From Tubiluchus corallicola (Eukaryota; Animalia; Priapulida), in assembly GCA_030141605.1 (NCBI GenBank), contig JAQGDQ010000034.1:124001-188000 (forward strand): a DNA stretch of 64,000 nt, written 5' to 3'. The translations under genes and the position numbers were made by a program. Of this stretch, positions 11,091 through 22,867 are shown one piece after another; the stretch's first letter is position 1, and the number at the start of each line of letters is the position of its first letter. The notes beneath the pieces are model-generated. The model saw nothing but the letters and a program-made list of their open reading frames with translations. It did no database searches and was not told where the DNA came from.

Positions 11091-12232
11091 GGATGGGATC
11101 GTCAGAGGAGTTGCTAGCTGGGCTGTTGAAGGATCTGAGGTCGAGAGGTGTTTGTGATTCTGGGGGTTCAACGTCAAGGGAAGTTGGTAGAGGTTCATCG
11201 CAGATGGTCAGCAGTGAGTTAGCAGATAAGGAAAATGTGACTGGTAATGTGTTTAATTATTTTAATAAAGTATGTCGTGCAGAGCAGGTTGTGACGCGGA
11301 AGACAGCATCTTTGGCAGTCCAGGAGAGTTTATCAGTTAAAAAACATACTCAAGTTGTTTCTAAATTAAGAGGTTTGCAAAAAAAGAGTACAGCTATGTA
11401 GTAGGTGCTAGTGGTAGCAAACGTTCTTCTCGTGTGTGTTCTTCTTTGTGATTTTCAGGGAAGAAAGTAAGTAGTGAAAAGATTGTGTCTCAATATAAAT
11501 CCAAGACAGGTTCATTAGATTTAAAGCCGAAGAATCCTGCAATATCTTATGATGATCATAATGAAATTGTGTCATGTGATGAGGGTGGTTCAGCTATGTT
11601 GCCAAAAGGGGAGGTTAGTAAGAGGGGGAGAGTAGCTTGCGTAATTCTAAGTTTGTAGATGAGGTTGGTGGTTCGTTAGTGGATAAGGATGTGCAGACTG
11701 AGGCAATATTAGAGTATGACTCAAAGATAGATTCGATTTTAAGGATTATGAAGACTTTTTTGAAAGTGGAGGCTGTAGGGGCTAAGACACACGAAGGGGG
11801 GTTAGCGATACCTACTCGCTATAGCGGTCAGAAAATAGATAATTATCTTGTCAAGAGAAGTGCAGATAAGCATGTAGGGCAGACTGAGAGGTCAAAAGAG
11901 ACTTGGCAGGTAGCCTTCGTAGGGAGAGTTTAGCTTTTTTAGATAAGCAGTGTCCTGATTTAAAAGACCATGCATCCGAGTTATTTAGTCTATTTGATTT
12001 GGCAGATAAAGATGACAGATTATTACTAGCTCGTTTTCATGCTATTTTGCATAAGATGGAGACACTGGGTGGCATGCATATGAGGATTTCTTCTTTAAGT
12101 TCTAGCACATTAAAACAAGCATAGGAGTTTGCTCAATTAAGTCGCAGTTATAGTTGTACTTATGATTCATTGTTAGTTGAGATCAGGGGTTTCATTTCTT
12201 CAACAAAAGCAGGGAGGTGTAAGGGGAAGTAG
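11091..12232 (+). pseudogene. Decayed long ORF of unknown identity (~380 aa if frameshifts are bridged)
   Basis: Chained ORF pieces (11009-11401, 11637-11933, 11903-12124) in a strongly G/T-skewed block. AG acceptor at 11089-11090. No motif recognised. Confidence 0.35.
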
Positions 12233-12829
12233 GTTAGGAAGTCTATTAAATAAACTAATTAATTAAATAGCTACACTGGATGTATGTAATTTTTGTGGCT
12301 CTTTATATATGTAATGTGCATATAAAGTTTTTAGTAAATTATGTAAAAATGTATTAATAATATAATTGTGTAATTATACGTATGCATGTATGGCCAAGAA
12401 GATGACTGGACCAATCACCTGGCCTGATAAAGCAAGCTTCAAGATTAACCGGCTAGCCTTCATACCAGCCAATCAGACTGCTTCTCGCATTTCTTGCACA
12501 TATGGGCATGTCAATGGTGGCTTGGGTGGTAGCTTGCTCTGTTCTGTGATTGTACAGCATGATAATTTGCTCTGTTCTGTGATTTTGAGCTGCTATTAAA
12601 TGCAGCAGTGTCATGTATGTAATCAATGCTAGCTATACAATCTTAAAGAAGAAAGCAGTGTCATAAATACACTTTACAATGTACTGAGAAGCACAAGCAG
12701 TGCTAACTCTGTAAACAATTGCAAAGTTGTTTTCACACTGTTTAGGCTAATCAAAAATCTAGTAAAATTACAGCAAGTGAAAGATCAGTTGACAACATTA
12801 ATTTTATTTGGAAGTTTAAGTGGTCCATA

Positions 12830-13290
12830 CTGTACAATAAAACAAATAATGTCAAAAGGAATGTTAAACCGACATCATCAGTGAATGTACTGTATCCTAA
12901 GTTCGGTTCATTTAAATCATTGATCATAGAGCTTTTTACAGATGCATCATGGGGAAATTTCACACATAGCAATTCAAGTGGATAAGGACAAAGTTTCCAC
13001 TACTTCAGGTACTGAGACATTAGCAGTATGTGGTGGCCTTAATACGGCAACATACATCAGACATTTTGTGTCAGAAATACGAAATGTAATAGCATGCACT
13101 GACGACAAATCTTTGGAGCTAAGTCACACAGCTCTGGCAAACAAGCACTCGAGAAAAGACTCAGAACAGATCTAGTAGAAGTCCAGAGACTTTGCAAAGA
13201 AGAAAATGAAGTGATGAATGGGATACCAACAAAATCACAAATAGCTAATTGTTTGACAAAAAAGGAGCAAGTCCTTGCATGATATTGTCA
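12830..13290 (+). mobile_element. Copia (GalEa-type) RNase H remnant
   Basis: Across frameshifts: LYPKFG...ELFTDASWGN, TETLAV, ACTDDKSL, EKRLRTDL, IPTKSQIANCLTK. This matches the GalEa-like Copia RNase H pattern. Confidence 0.75.
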
Positions 13291-13587
13291 GCTGTCAAGG
13301 AAGCAAAGCCAGATGGTCAAGCACATGAGCAAAATAAAAGATGCCTGATAATTACATGATGTATAAAAACATCATAACTCAGTTTATTTTAATTATCTGC
13401 AGATATTTTTATTATTATATGCATGCATTTACTACACGTCTTAAAAGTTATCAAAATTTAGATTTTCAGACTTGTGATTTGAGCCTTGAATCATTGAAAC
13501 TTTTAACTGCAAACTTACAATGTACTTTAGTTTAAAACTGTAAATAGCCCTGTGCATGTGAGAGTTATTAAAGAAACAAGAAGGGGA

Positions 13588-14001
13588 AATAATAATAATA
13601 AAAACTGGTGCTAAATCAAGAACCACAGAATCTTAAGTATATTCCTGACAAATTACGTAAAATTATGTCGCTGCTTAACAATGTGGGCTAACTTGCTTAA
13701 TTTTCCAATCTGTTCTAATGCTTCATCAGTTCACTACTTCAAACTAAATGTAACAATGTTACGGTATATGTAATAAAATAATAATAATAATATTAATATT
13801 TATAATAATAATAATAAAAACTGGTGGTAAATCAAGAAGATTCTGCTGTGAAACAGAATTATAAATATATTCCTGACAAATTACGTAAAATTATGTTGCT
13901 GCTTAACAATGTGGGCTAACTTGCTTAATTTTCCAATCTAGTCTAATTTTTCATCAGTTCACTACTTCAAACTAAATGTAACAATGTTACGGTTTATGTA
14001 A
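13588..14001 (+). repeat. ~190-bp tandem duplication separated by an (AAT)n tract
   Basis: AATAATAAAAACTGGTG...GTTACGGT(A/T)TATGTAA occurs at ~13590-13773 and ~13808-14001. Confidence 0.92.
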
Positions 14002-14067
14002 CCTCTACAAATGATTCAATTTATATTGCACTTATATGTTATTTTTTTATAAAAGAGAACAATAGGA

Positions 14068-14830
14068 ATCTGTTATGTATGGGAAAGAGTGCCGGTGTTG
14101 CTAAAAAGCGAGTGAGCACGACTCGTGGCATTCCCGTTGTTTCTCTGTGACTTTGTAATGACCAAACAAAGTTTATGAAGTACACTTAACAGAAAACACA
14201 GACCTAATGTCATCAGTTGATATTTTAGTATCTAACTATACTTATTCAGCGTGTTGTTTGCAAAATACTTTGCTGTTAATTAGAAAAACTCTGGTATGGC
14301 AGGCTTTTTGTAAAATTTAATGAAATGTGTGAACTCTGCAAAGTATTGGAAAGGTATGAAGTTAAAATTGAAAAAAACAACTTGGTGCAAATTGCAGCAA
14401 GAATGGGAAATAGGACATTTCACTGTGATTAGCCTGCGTAGACTGAGATTTATATGCTTCTCAGATGCAATAATTTCTATGATTCGCAGTAGCTGAATTT
14501 TAAGAGAATGCTAATTCTATTTCAAGTTCTAAGTCTTGAAAGTCTTGACCCAACATTATCAGTGTTGCCAGAAGTCATGAAACCATATCTAAAAGTGGGT
14601 GATCATAAAGGAAAATGGATAGAAGCTAAGGTAGATGTCATATACTTATGGACACCCCAGAAAAAATGAGTTAGCAGCGACTAATAGGACTTTAAGTTAG
14701 GAAGCCTAAAACAAAAAAAAATGTTAAAACAGTTGAGGAAAGCAGGTCAAATGAACATGAATGTGATCACGAAAATTATCAAGTTAGTCCAGCAAGTGGA
14801 GAAGATGGAGCAGACGTCACCTCGGAGCAG
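14068..14830 (+). mobile_element. Possible heavily decayed hAT transposase remnant
   Basis: A frameshifted SVMYGK/SAGVAK resembles the hAT SVMxGKxxGVA motif. The rest is too degraded to confirm. Confidence 0.3.
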
Positions 14831-15386
14831 CCAAACGTGGGAGATTACATTTTGGTAACCTGTCTTCAAATAAGTTAAGGAAGATTTGTTGTTTTGATGT
14901 CGTTGTTGTTCTACTTCTCCTTTTTCTTCTAATGAGCAAGCCATTGTTTTAAGCATACAGTAAATAAAACAGTAGGCGAGGGTGTGAGCATACGGAGGGA
15001 GTATTTATTTGGCAGCAATGTAAATAATTATACTTCTTTTACACAATACTAAAATAAAAAAGTTATGCTAAATATAATACTTTTTGTGGACAAAAACAGT
15101 AACAAAAAGAACTTGTTATTTGTTTTCCACTACCCGCTCCCATCTTCCTGGGCCCCTATAGTAACTTGAATTTTTTGCATGCTTTTGTGACAACTGAATT
15201 AAATTTTAATGTTTAGAAACGCAATTGCTAGTGTCACAGTGACCTTTCGTGTGATGAAAACAGTTGCAATTATGTATTGACAGTATTTAATTTTTTGTGC
15301 ATTTCAAGTTATTATTCATATTTTGACGTATTTAATTTTATGTGTTGAAAACTTGTGAACAATTACCATTTCTTATATTTAAAAAT

Positions 15387-16347
15387 ATGGCAGTGGCAGC
15401 AAATCGACGCCCTGATAGAAATGAGTTTGTGAATCTGACTCTGATTCTTTCTGAATCTGGGCGCAAGATTTCGGGGAAATATTGAGGACACTATAAATTG
15501 GTGCAGGCAATATGGTTTGCTGGCAGTAAACATGATCTGCCCAGCATGTAATGAACCGTGTCAAGAAAGTGTATATTCAAGGGCTGTCGATGGGAGAGCC
15601 TGGTGCTGCCAGCAATGTCGTAAAGTAGTCAACATCAGGAAGGGCAGTTTTTTTGAGAAGTCCCACTTAGCCTTATGGCAAATTTTAGGTTAGACTTATT
15701 TGTGGTGCACCACCTGTGGAAAGGCCAGAGGCCTGTCAGTGCATATACTCATGAAAGAGCTGGAAATAGGGTCTCCCACCAGAATTGTTGATTAGCACCA
15801 GTTTTGCCAAGATGTAGCTGTTGCATATTTCATCAACAATCCTGAACAGCTGGGTGGCCCTTTGAGGACTGTCGAAATCGACGAATCTTTGTTTGCGCGC
15901 TGTAAAAACCAGCAGGGTCGTGTAGTTCAACAGCAATGGGTCTTTGGGGCCCATGAGGTCGAAACGAAAAAGGAGCTTCTCGTGCCTGTGGCAAGTAGGG
16001 ATGCACAAACCCTGCTTCCAATAATTCAGCAATGGATCAGGATAGGAACAACTATCTGGTCTGACATGTGGCGGGCATACAATGCCATACCACTAATGGC
16101 TGGTGGTTATGCTCACCAAACTGTGAATCATAACTTGAATTTTGTTGACCCACAAACTGGTGTCACCACAAACCACGTTGAAGCCATGTGGCAGAGAGCT
16201 AAAGCCAAATTCAAGGCAATGAATGGACCGACAAATCGGCAAATGATTTGTGACTATTTAATCGAATATATGTGGACGCAACGTTTCGGGGAAACCGCGT
16301 TTTTTAATTTTTGGTTCCAAATTGCGGATCAACTCTACGTTGTTTAA
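15387..16347 (+). mobile_element. Merlin (IS1595/ISXO2-like) DDE transposase, disrupted by a frameshift and a stop in the N-terminal half
   Basis: Zn ribbon CPAC...CQQC, IRKGSFFEKSHL, GGPLRTVEIDESLF, WVFG, GTTIWSDMWRAY, HQTVNH...FVDPQTGVTTNHVEAMW. Confidence 0.92.
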
Positions 16348-16576
16348 TTCTTCTTTTCAAGTGAATTTATTTCACGAAATGTTGAAGTTACAATTGCGTT
16401 TATTTATTTTCTTTAATTGTATTGTTTTAAGCTGTTGCATTCTTCATTATTGCCAAAATGTCGAGTATCTATCCTGGCTGGCTCAATAGTATGATGTGAC
16501 GTGAAAACTCCTAACGTGAGTACACATTTAATTTCACGTGTGATAAAAATGTATTAATAATATTATTATAAAATTA

Positions 16577-16668
16577 TACGTACGTATATGCATGTACGTA
16601 CGTACGTACGTACGTATGCGCACGCGCGTGTGTCTGTGTGTGTGTGTATGTATGTATGTACGTACGGA
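16577..16668. repeat. (TACG)n/(TG)n/(TATG)n compound microsatellite
   Basis: Visible directly in the sequence. Confidence 0.9.
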
Positions 16669-17419
16669 CGTTGTCATCATCATTGTCATTACATTCAGCT
16701 TTGTAAATATGCTTCCCACTACATTCCCCCAGTTCTCATAGACCAAAATTGTATAAGCTACTATAAGTTGTACATGCATAACGATGATGGAATCAGAATA
16801 GTGGTAGTGATGACGATAACAATAAAAATAGCACTGCAATAATGGTGGTGATAATGAGTATATAAACCTAAAATGCCATTATAATCCTGTGCCAGTCATT
16901 GTCTTTTTTGTCAGACCCAGTGTACTGCAAATTTGATACACACACAAGGCTAGTTTCTGTTTGCCGTTTATGAAGGATAAGCTTGCTTGCCGCTTGTAAT
17001 TCATAATTCATATGCACTGTATGCTTGCTTAAGTAGTGGCACTATTCAAGCTAAAATGCCCAACAACTGGATTACTGAAAACTTTCCAGAAGACCATCAC
17101 TCCAAGAGACGATAGAAGCATAGAGACTCCCTTCTGAAACTCAAGCACAACAATTTTCGTAAATGTATACAACAGACCGACGGTACGACCACGCTGCCAA
17201 GACAAAACCTTAACATTGACAAATGGCACTCTGCAATAACAGAAACTATTGGAATGAGTTTTTATTCAGTTGCGTTTTAATTGTTATAACCCATTTTGTT
17301 AATTTCAGTTTTCTCACAGCGCCCACTCCACCATATTGCAAGCAATCTGCTATGTAGTGGTATAATAAACCCGCATAAAACTGATTAAAACACACTCTCG
17401 TCTCTTGTTAAATCAAGAT

Positions 17420-18745
17420 ACATGTTAGAGATAATGTACCAAAGTTTATCCACTGGCGTATTACCACCAAGCTGGAAAATGGCCAGAGTATCTGCTATCA
17501 ACAAGAAAGGTTTAAGATACCCGTATATACTCGCATATAAGCCTACATCGCATATAAGCCGACCCCCTAAAACTGCTTTAAAATGGCCAGTTTTTGCAAA
17601 AACCCGTATATAAGCCGACCATCAACTTGTCTAATTTTACTCCACACCCAATCAACAAAATTATCACTTTTAGCTTGAAGTCAGCAGTATAGGACATACG
17701 TTTTCTTTTTTCTCCAGGCATGGTGTATTGCACAAATAATTTTACAACTAAAATTATGAAAATTCAGCACACTTTTGGTTTGCTGTTCCTCTATAAGCCA
17801 CGTGACCCTCGTCTCAACACGCGCTGCCTACCAATTGGCTGATGATGTCGGCTTGGTTACGGCTCGCAACTGGTGACACACAGTGGTGTATTGCTAAATA
17901 AAAAGTAGGTGGACGGCTAGTCTCAAGACTTACCATTTTACATTCACAAATTTGAAAGAAATTGACATTATTTAAAACCGTTTTTTGAAAAAATGAAAAC
18001 AAGTAGATTTAATATTAAACCCGTATACATTTTTAATATTTTTTATCTGATGAATACAAAAAGCAGACATTTATTGAAATGTGAATTTTTTCTAAAAAAA
18101 GTGGGTGGACGGCGATCCCCCACGATCCCCCTCCAATACACCACTGGTGACACACAACCAAATAACGAGTCAGATAGCGATGAAAATGTCTGGCTGGAAA
18201 ATTGGCATTAGTGTCTGTCCTTGTGTTCATTTTGTTTCATGCGCATATAAGTCGACCCCCTGATTTCAGTATTGTATTTTATAGTTCTAAATTCGGCTTA
18301 TATGCGAGCATATACGGTAGTTAGCAAAAAATTATAGACATCAGTTGTTTGTAAATTACTAGAAGGGATAATTAGGGACAAAATCAACTGCTTTATTACT
18401 GAACACAACTTCATTAGTGACAGTTAACATGGTTTCAGAACTGGTAGATTTTGTATTACAAATTATATTAGTTTCACATGAAGAATGGATCGATGGATTT
18501 ACTCAATAATAAAGATAAAGTCAATGTAATCTATTATGATTTTTTAAAAGTACTTGATAGAGTCTCATCTGTGGCTGCTCCAAAAACTTGAGTTATACAG
18601 AGTTTGTGGTCACTTATTAATATGGATTAATAATTTTCATTTTGTGAGAAACCAATGTGTAGTAGTCAATGGGCATGAATCAGAATGGACTAATGTCACG
18701 AGCATACCACAGGAAAGTGCCATTGGGCCTATTTTATTTATTTTA
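17420..18745 (+). mobile_element. CR1-clade LINE reverse transcriptase fragment interrupted by a MITE
   Basis: QSLSTGVLPPSWKMARVSAINKKG before the MITE, continuing after it as TSVVCKLLEGII...HGFRTGR...VIYYDF...QCVVVNG...SIPQESAIGPILF. Confidence 0.88.
17521..18317. mobile_element. Tc1/mariner (Tc2/pogo-like) non-autonomous element, ~800 bp
   Basis: TIRs CCGTATATACTCGCATATAAGCC / GGCTTATATGCGAGCATATACGG, TA at the flanks, subterminal CATATAAG(C/T)CGACC repeats. Confidence 0.88.
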
Positions 18746-19287
18746 ATATTATTTTATTATTAGCAGCCCCCTTGCCCTTTTCCAAGAAAATGTGTGATCA
18801 ATGATTGTCCCAAAGAACATGTTAACAGGCAATAATTCGGCAGCACTTTTTCAAGTCGTGAGCTTGGGGATGAATCTATAATTAGACTGCTGATGGTGAT
18901 TCCTTACTGTAATTCTAAGAAATGTAAAGAAATGCGCCAGAATACTCAGGAAAATTATGTAAAAAAATCAATAGTCTTGGGTATTCAGTTCCGAACAATA
19001 TCTGATTATAATAGGTCTGCGCACGGCCACGCATGTTCAGTTGTTCAGTACATATTGCTACATTTCTCCTTTAGAAGTTATATAGTGCAGAATAACTACA
19101 GTAACTATTCAGTTATGAACTGTAAGAAACTGTAAGAACAATACAGCTATAAACTGTGAGTAACTTTACGGCCATAAACTGTGTGTAACTTAAGTAGCAA
19201 ATGCATATATTTTAAATATGTCCACTTTTAAATATCATCAGTCTTGCACATTCCTTTAGGCTTTTTGGTTTCGGCAAGTCCATATGT

Positions 19288-20350
19288 TTACAAATTCAAC
19301 TTCAACGCTACTTTTGTTACACGATCAGACAACGTTTTCACTAGTTCTTGTACAGTAACGTAGTGGTTTTTCTTGTTGACCGCTGATGAGTTGCTGATAG
19401 ATTGATACATTACATCGCTAGACTTATGTTTGCATGGAGAGCCTTTGGGGGAATTAGGAAGAGTAGTTGTAGGAGAAGGCATAGGGGTAGGTAAGGTTGC
19501 AACAGTTGCTCTGTTTCTACGAAGTGTTGTGCCATCGTCACTCTTCATGATAACTGATCTTGGGTTTGCTGATTTGCCAATCACTGTCCCATAGCACTTC
19601 TCCTCGCGTAGGCAGACATCTTGGCTATTTTTCCACTCCGGGAGCATTCTTGTACGATGTCTCCTGTTGAAACTTTCCCATGATTTGCTGCACATGATTT
19701 CAACCTTGGAGCAATTTCAACCTTACTATCGATTGATATGTCCAGAATACAAATGAAGTCATGGGATTCGCGCTCTTACTGACGTTCCGTTAGGAGTTCG
19801 ATCGGTAAAAGTCCATTCTGCAAAGGAGCAGCTCAATGCTGCAACAAGGCTTAAATGGATTTTTTTCGCTCTGACGTGAAAAAATTGTCATTATCGTGTA
19901 AATATTGTCACATAAATCATTGTACACGCAAATGATTATTAAGGTGCAAGTTGGTTCTAAGCAGGCTTTGATAAAGTTCATAAACGTCTTCTACAACTCC
20001 TAAAAAAGTTCCTCTTCTCCAGAATCGTCAACCCTTTGTATTTCTTCTTGCCACTGTTCTTGCAATGTCGAGCCTATTTGTGAGTAGGCCTACGCAAGCT
20101 TGGCTAGGAGTTGGATGAGCCACATACACTCTTGTAGTGTCAAGTTTTTCTACATCCATTACATATTGCATCCTTTGCTAAACATTTATCTCTCTGAAGA
20201 AATGTTCCAAGACAATTCGGGCATTTTGTAATGGTTATTAACTGGGTGTGGTTTCTTAGTCTTTACAGTCTCCTCTTTCTCTGAATCGGCTCCACGTAAG
20301 ACATCATTGCTTTGCTTTCGGGCTTCGTGTTGTCTTGCAAACATAATTTC
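19288..20350 (-). mobile_element. Internally deleted Gypsy remnant (gag zinc knuckle plus integrase C-terminus)
   Basis: Minus strand KCPNCLG...KCLAKDAICNGCRKT*HYKSVC at ~20120-20230, and NPRSVIMKSDDGTTLRRNR...VKTLSDRVTKVALKLNL at 19288-19695. Confidence 0.72.
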
Positions 20351-20419
20351 CAAAGAGCTTTTGGACCGACTGTCTATAACTACATAACAGAGACAAGTAC
20401 TACCCCACTTTTACCTTAA

Positions 20420-20539
20420 ACACCACTGGTCAGGCAAGGCAACAGCAGGTAGCATTTTTAAAGACTTTAGTATGACCCATTCGCAGTATAGAACTCATGG
20501 CCTCCCAGACAGATGGTGAATGCATTACCACTAGACCAA
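20420..20539 (-). mobile_element. tRNA-derived SINE fragment
   Basis: A-box-like TGGTCTAGTGGTAA, degenerate B box, then GGGTCATACTAAAGTCTTTAAAAATGCTACC. A homologous core lies at 36696-36745 on +. Confidence 0.7.
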
Positions 20540-22867
20540 ATTTAACAACCTGTGAACAGCTACCATTTTTATCATCGCCATCTGGCAGTACACCGTCAAC
20601 CTAGACTGTGTCTCATCTCCGAGAGTTTTGACTGAGAATCATCTGAACATTCACACTCACCCAAACACACACACACACAGGCACGCACACACGCACACAC
20701 GCGCAAACCCCTACCGGTTACACTACATGTGTATGCACACTGCATAATATCATATGCACACTGCATAATATGAATTAATATCTCATATACATGGACATAC
20801 AATATATCCATATCATATACAATGAACATAGCGTTGCTATAAATATTTCACTTCCTGGTTCAGCGTGTCCAAAATTAATAAGTAAATTGCGAATAATTAA
20901 GCGAAGGCAAGTTCAAAGTTCAAGCCCTAAATAAACCATGAACAACACCTGCAACTGAAACTCTTAACTTCCTCAGGACCGCACAACTCAAAATATATCT
21001 TATAAGACTTGTGACTTTTTTGTTACTGTGTGAGCACAGGCGTAACTAAATGATTACAAATTAGCAACTTTTCCATTCAGGAGAATCTTGGCTATTCAAT
21101 GATGCTATTTGCTTCAGCATTTATAAGTGGTTAAATTAGATAAAGCTAAGAAAACACGCCCTATTCAGGCACTACAACTTATTGAGTAGCTTGGTCTGGC
21201 TTACATTTGCGCGATCGTCCACACTATTTTATCGGTCGCGTGCTTGAGATCGACAGCCGGATAAAACCATCTGCTGTACAAAATTCCAGAAAAAAAACAA
21301 TCGATCAGCCAAGGACAAATTAAGATCGTATCATCTTTTAACAGGAATTTCTCCTTAAAAATAGAGTAGACTTGATGCCAAAATGTATCAGAGTGTTGCG
21401 TCTGGATGGTTGAAATTTCTGAATTAGCCAGTTTGACCCATATTGTGGTGAAAACACTTCAGTTACTGAAAGCTCTTTACAATTCTTGCGTCAAAAATCG
21501 ATTTTTAAAATCGGACCATTGTTTAGACTTAATCTCATTTTAATTTACTGTCCAAAATATACATTTTCTTGGCTATAAAAGTTAGCAATTTCTTATATTT
21601 GAATAATTAGCTTAGCAGTTAATTAACGGCAACCAAACACAGATATTGCTTACGTCAGAAACTAACTATAGTTTGTGCAATGGCATCTTCCCTTGCGTGT
21701 CAAACACGTTTGCGTAAGTGTTACAGTACTGCTTAAACGCGTGATGTCGCGAAAATGGGCTCTACGTCATATGACGTCAGAAGCTAACACTGCAGTTCAT
21801 GATCATGGTACCGCCTTCTATTTGTCGGCCACGCGCATGTGGCAAAAAGGCGCCGTTGCCAATCTTAGTACATTCACTGAGCCGCGCGTAGCTTTGAAAG
21901 TTTAACGAAATTTGAGTATCTGAGGTAATTATTATTTAATCTAAGCTTTAATTTAAAAAAAGCCGTTGTAGTTTTCAATATTTTAGAGCATTCTTTATTC
22001 TGAACTATTGTTTACACAATCATCCGTTTTTCCTTTAAGCAAATGCATTTCATAATTATATAATTTGGCATGAAAGCAGAAAACCCATTGTGTGAGCAGT
22101 AGAACATACAAAAATTATCAAACATAACGTAATCCTTGCTTCGTGAGAGCAGTTTTTCATGAACCAATGCAAAATGCAGCCTACTCCTGCGGTCTCGAAG
22201 GAGCTAAAGGCTTGATTGTCAGTTAGTATAACCGTTGACTGCAGAAGGGTATATACAACTCCGTGTATCCTACTCTAGCATGCCAAAATTTCTTAATGTT
22301 ACTTTAACAGATGCCTAGAAGTATCTGTCTTATTACTTGGGTGAAAATAATAAAGTGACAGCCTTGTAAATCATGATCACTGCTTCATCACTCATGAGTA
22401 ACAATTACGCAAATATAAGAAGAACTTTATATACACATGTATAAAAGTTATAGTCGTACACAAAAGAGCTTCTTACCGGAAAAATACTTTTTCCTTCGTT
22501 TATAAAATCATGCAAAAGAATTTTTACAGATGAATTAAAAATATGGGAGATTAAGTTGTGTCAATAAAATGGCCGGCTAGTGAAAATGATTGCTCCGCTC
22601 GCGCATCAAATAGTTTAAAGTAAATAGTTTTGTGTTCCACTTTGGTTATGTTTTGTTGCTTTGTTTAATATGGCCTTATAGGACAAAGCTAAAGTTATAA
22701 GTGGCTAAACTAAAGGCAGGTTATGCACACAATGCTCCCAACAAACTAAACTATTTTCAAATTAGGTATAATTTTTCTTTGTAAATAAATTTGTACAAGT
22801 ACTGTGAAAAAATTTTATACTGGGATAATCACGTAAATAAGATAACAATCGACTATGAACGATTCGT

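Noticed and set aside
20420-20539. tRNA gene
   Set aside because: No complete cloverleaf, and it continues into a SINE core shared with 36696-36745.
21200-21910. CpG- and palindrome-rich block resembling a non-autonomous DNA transposon (similar character at 40200-40800)
   Set aside because: I could not define TIRs or a TSD, so it was not annotated.
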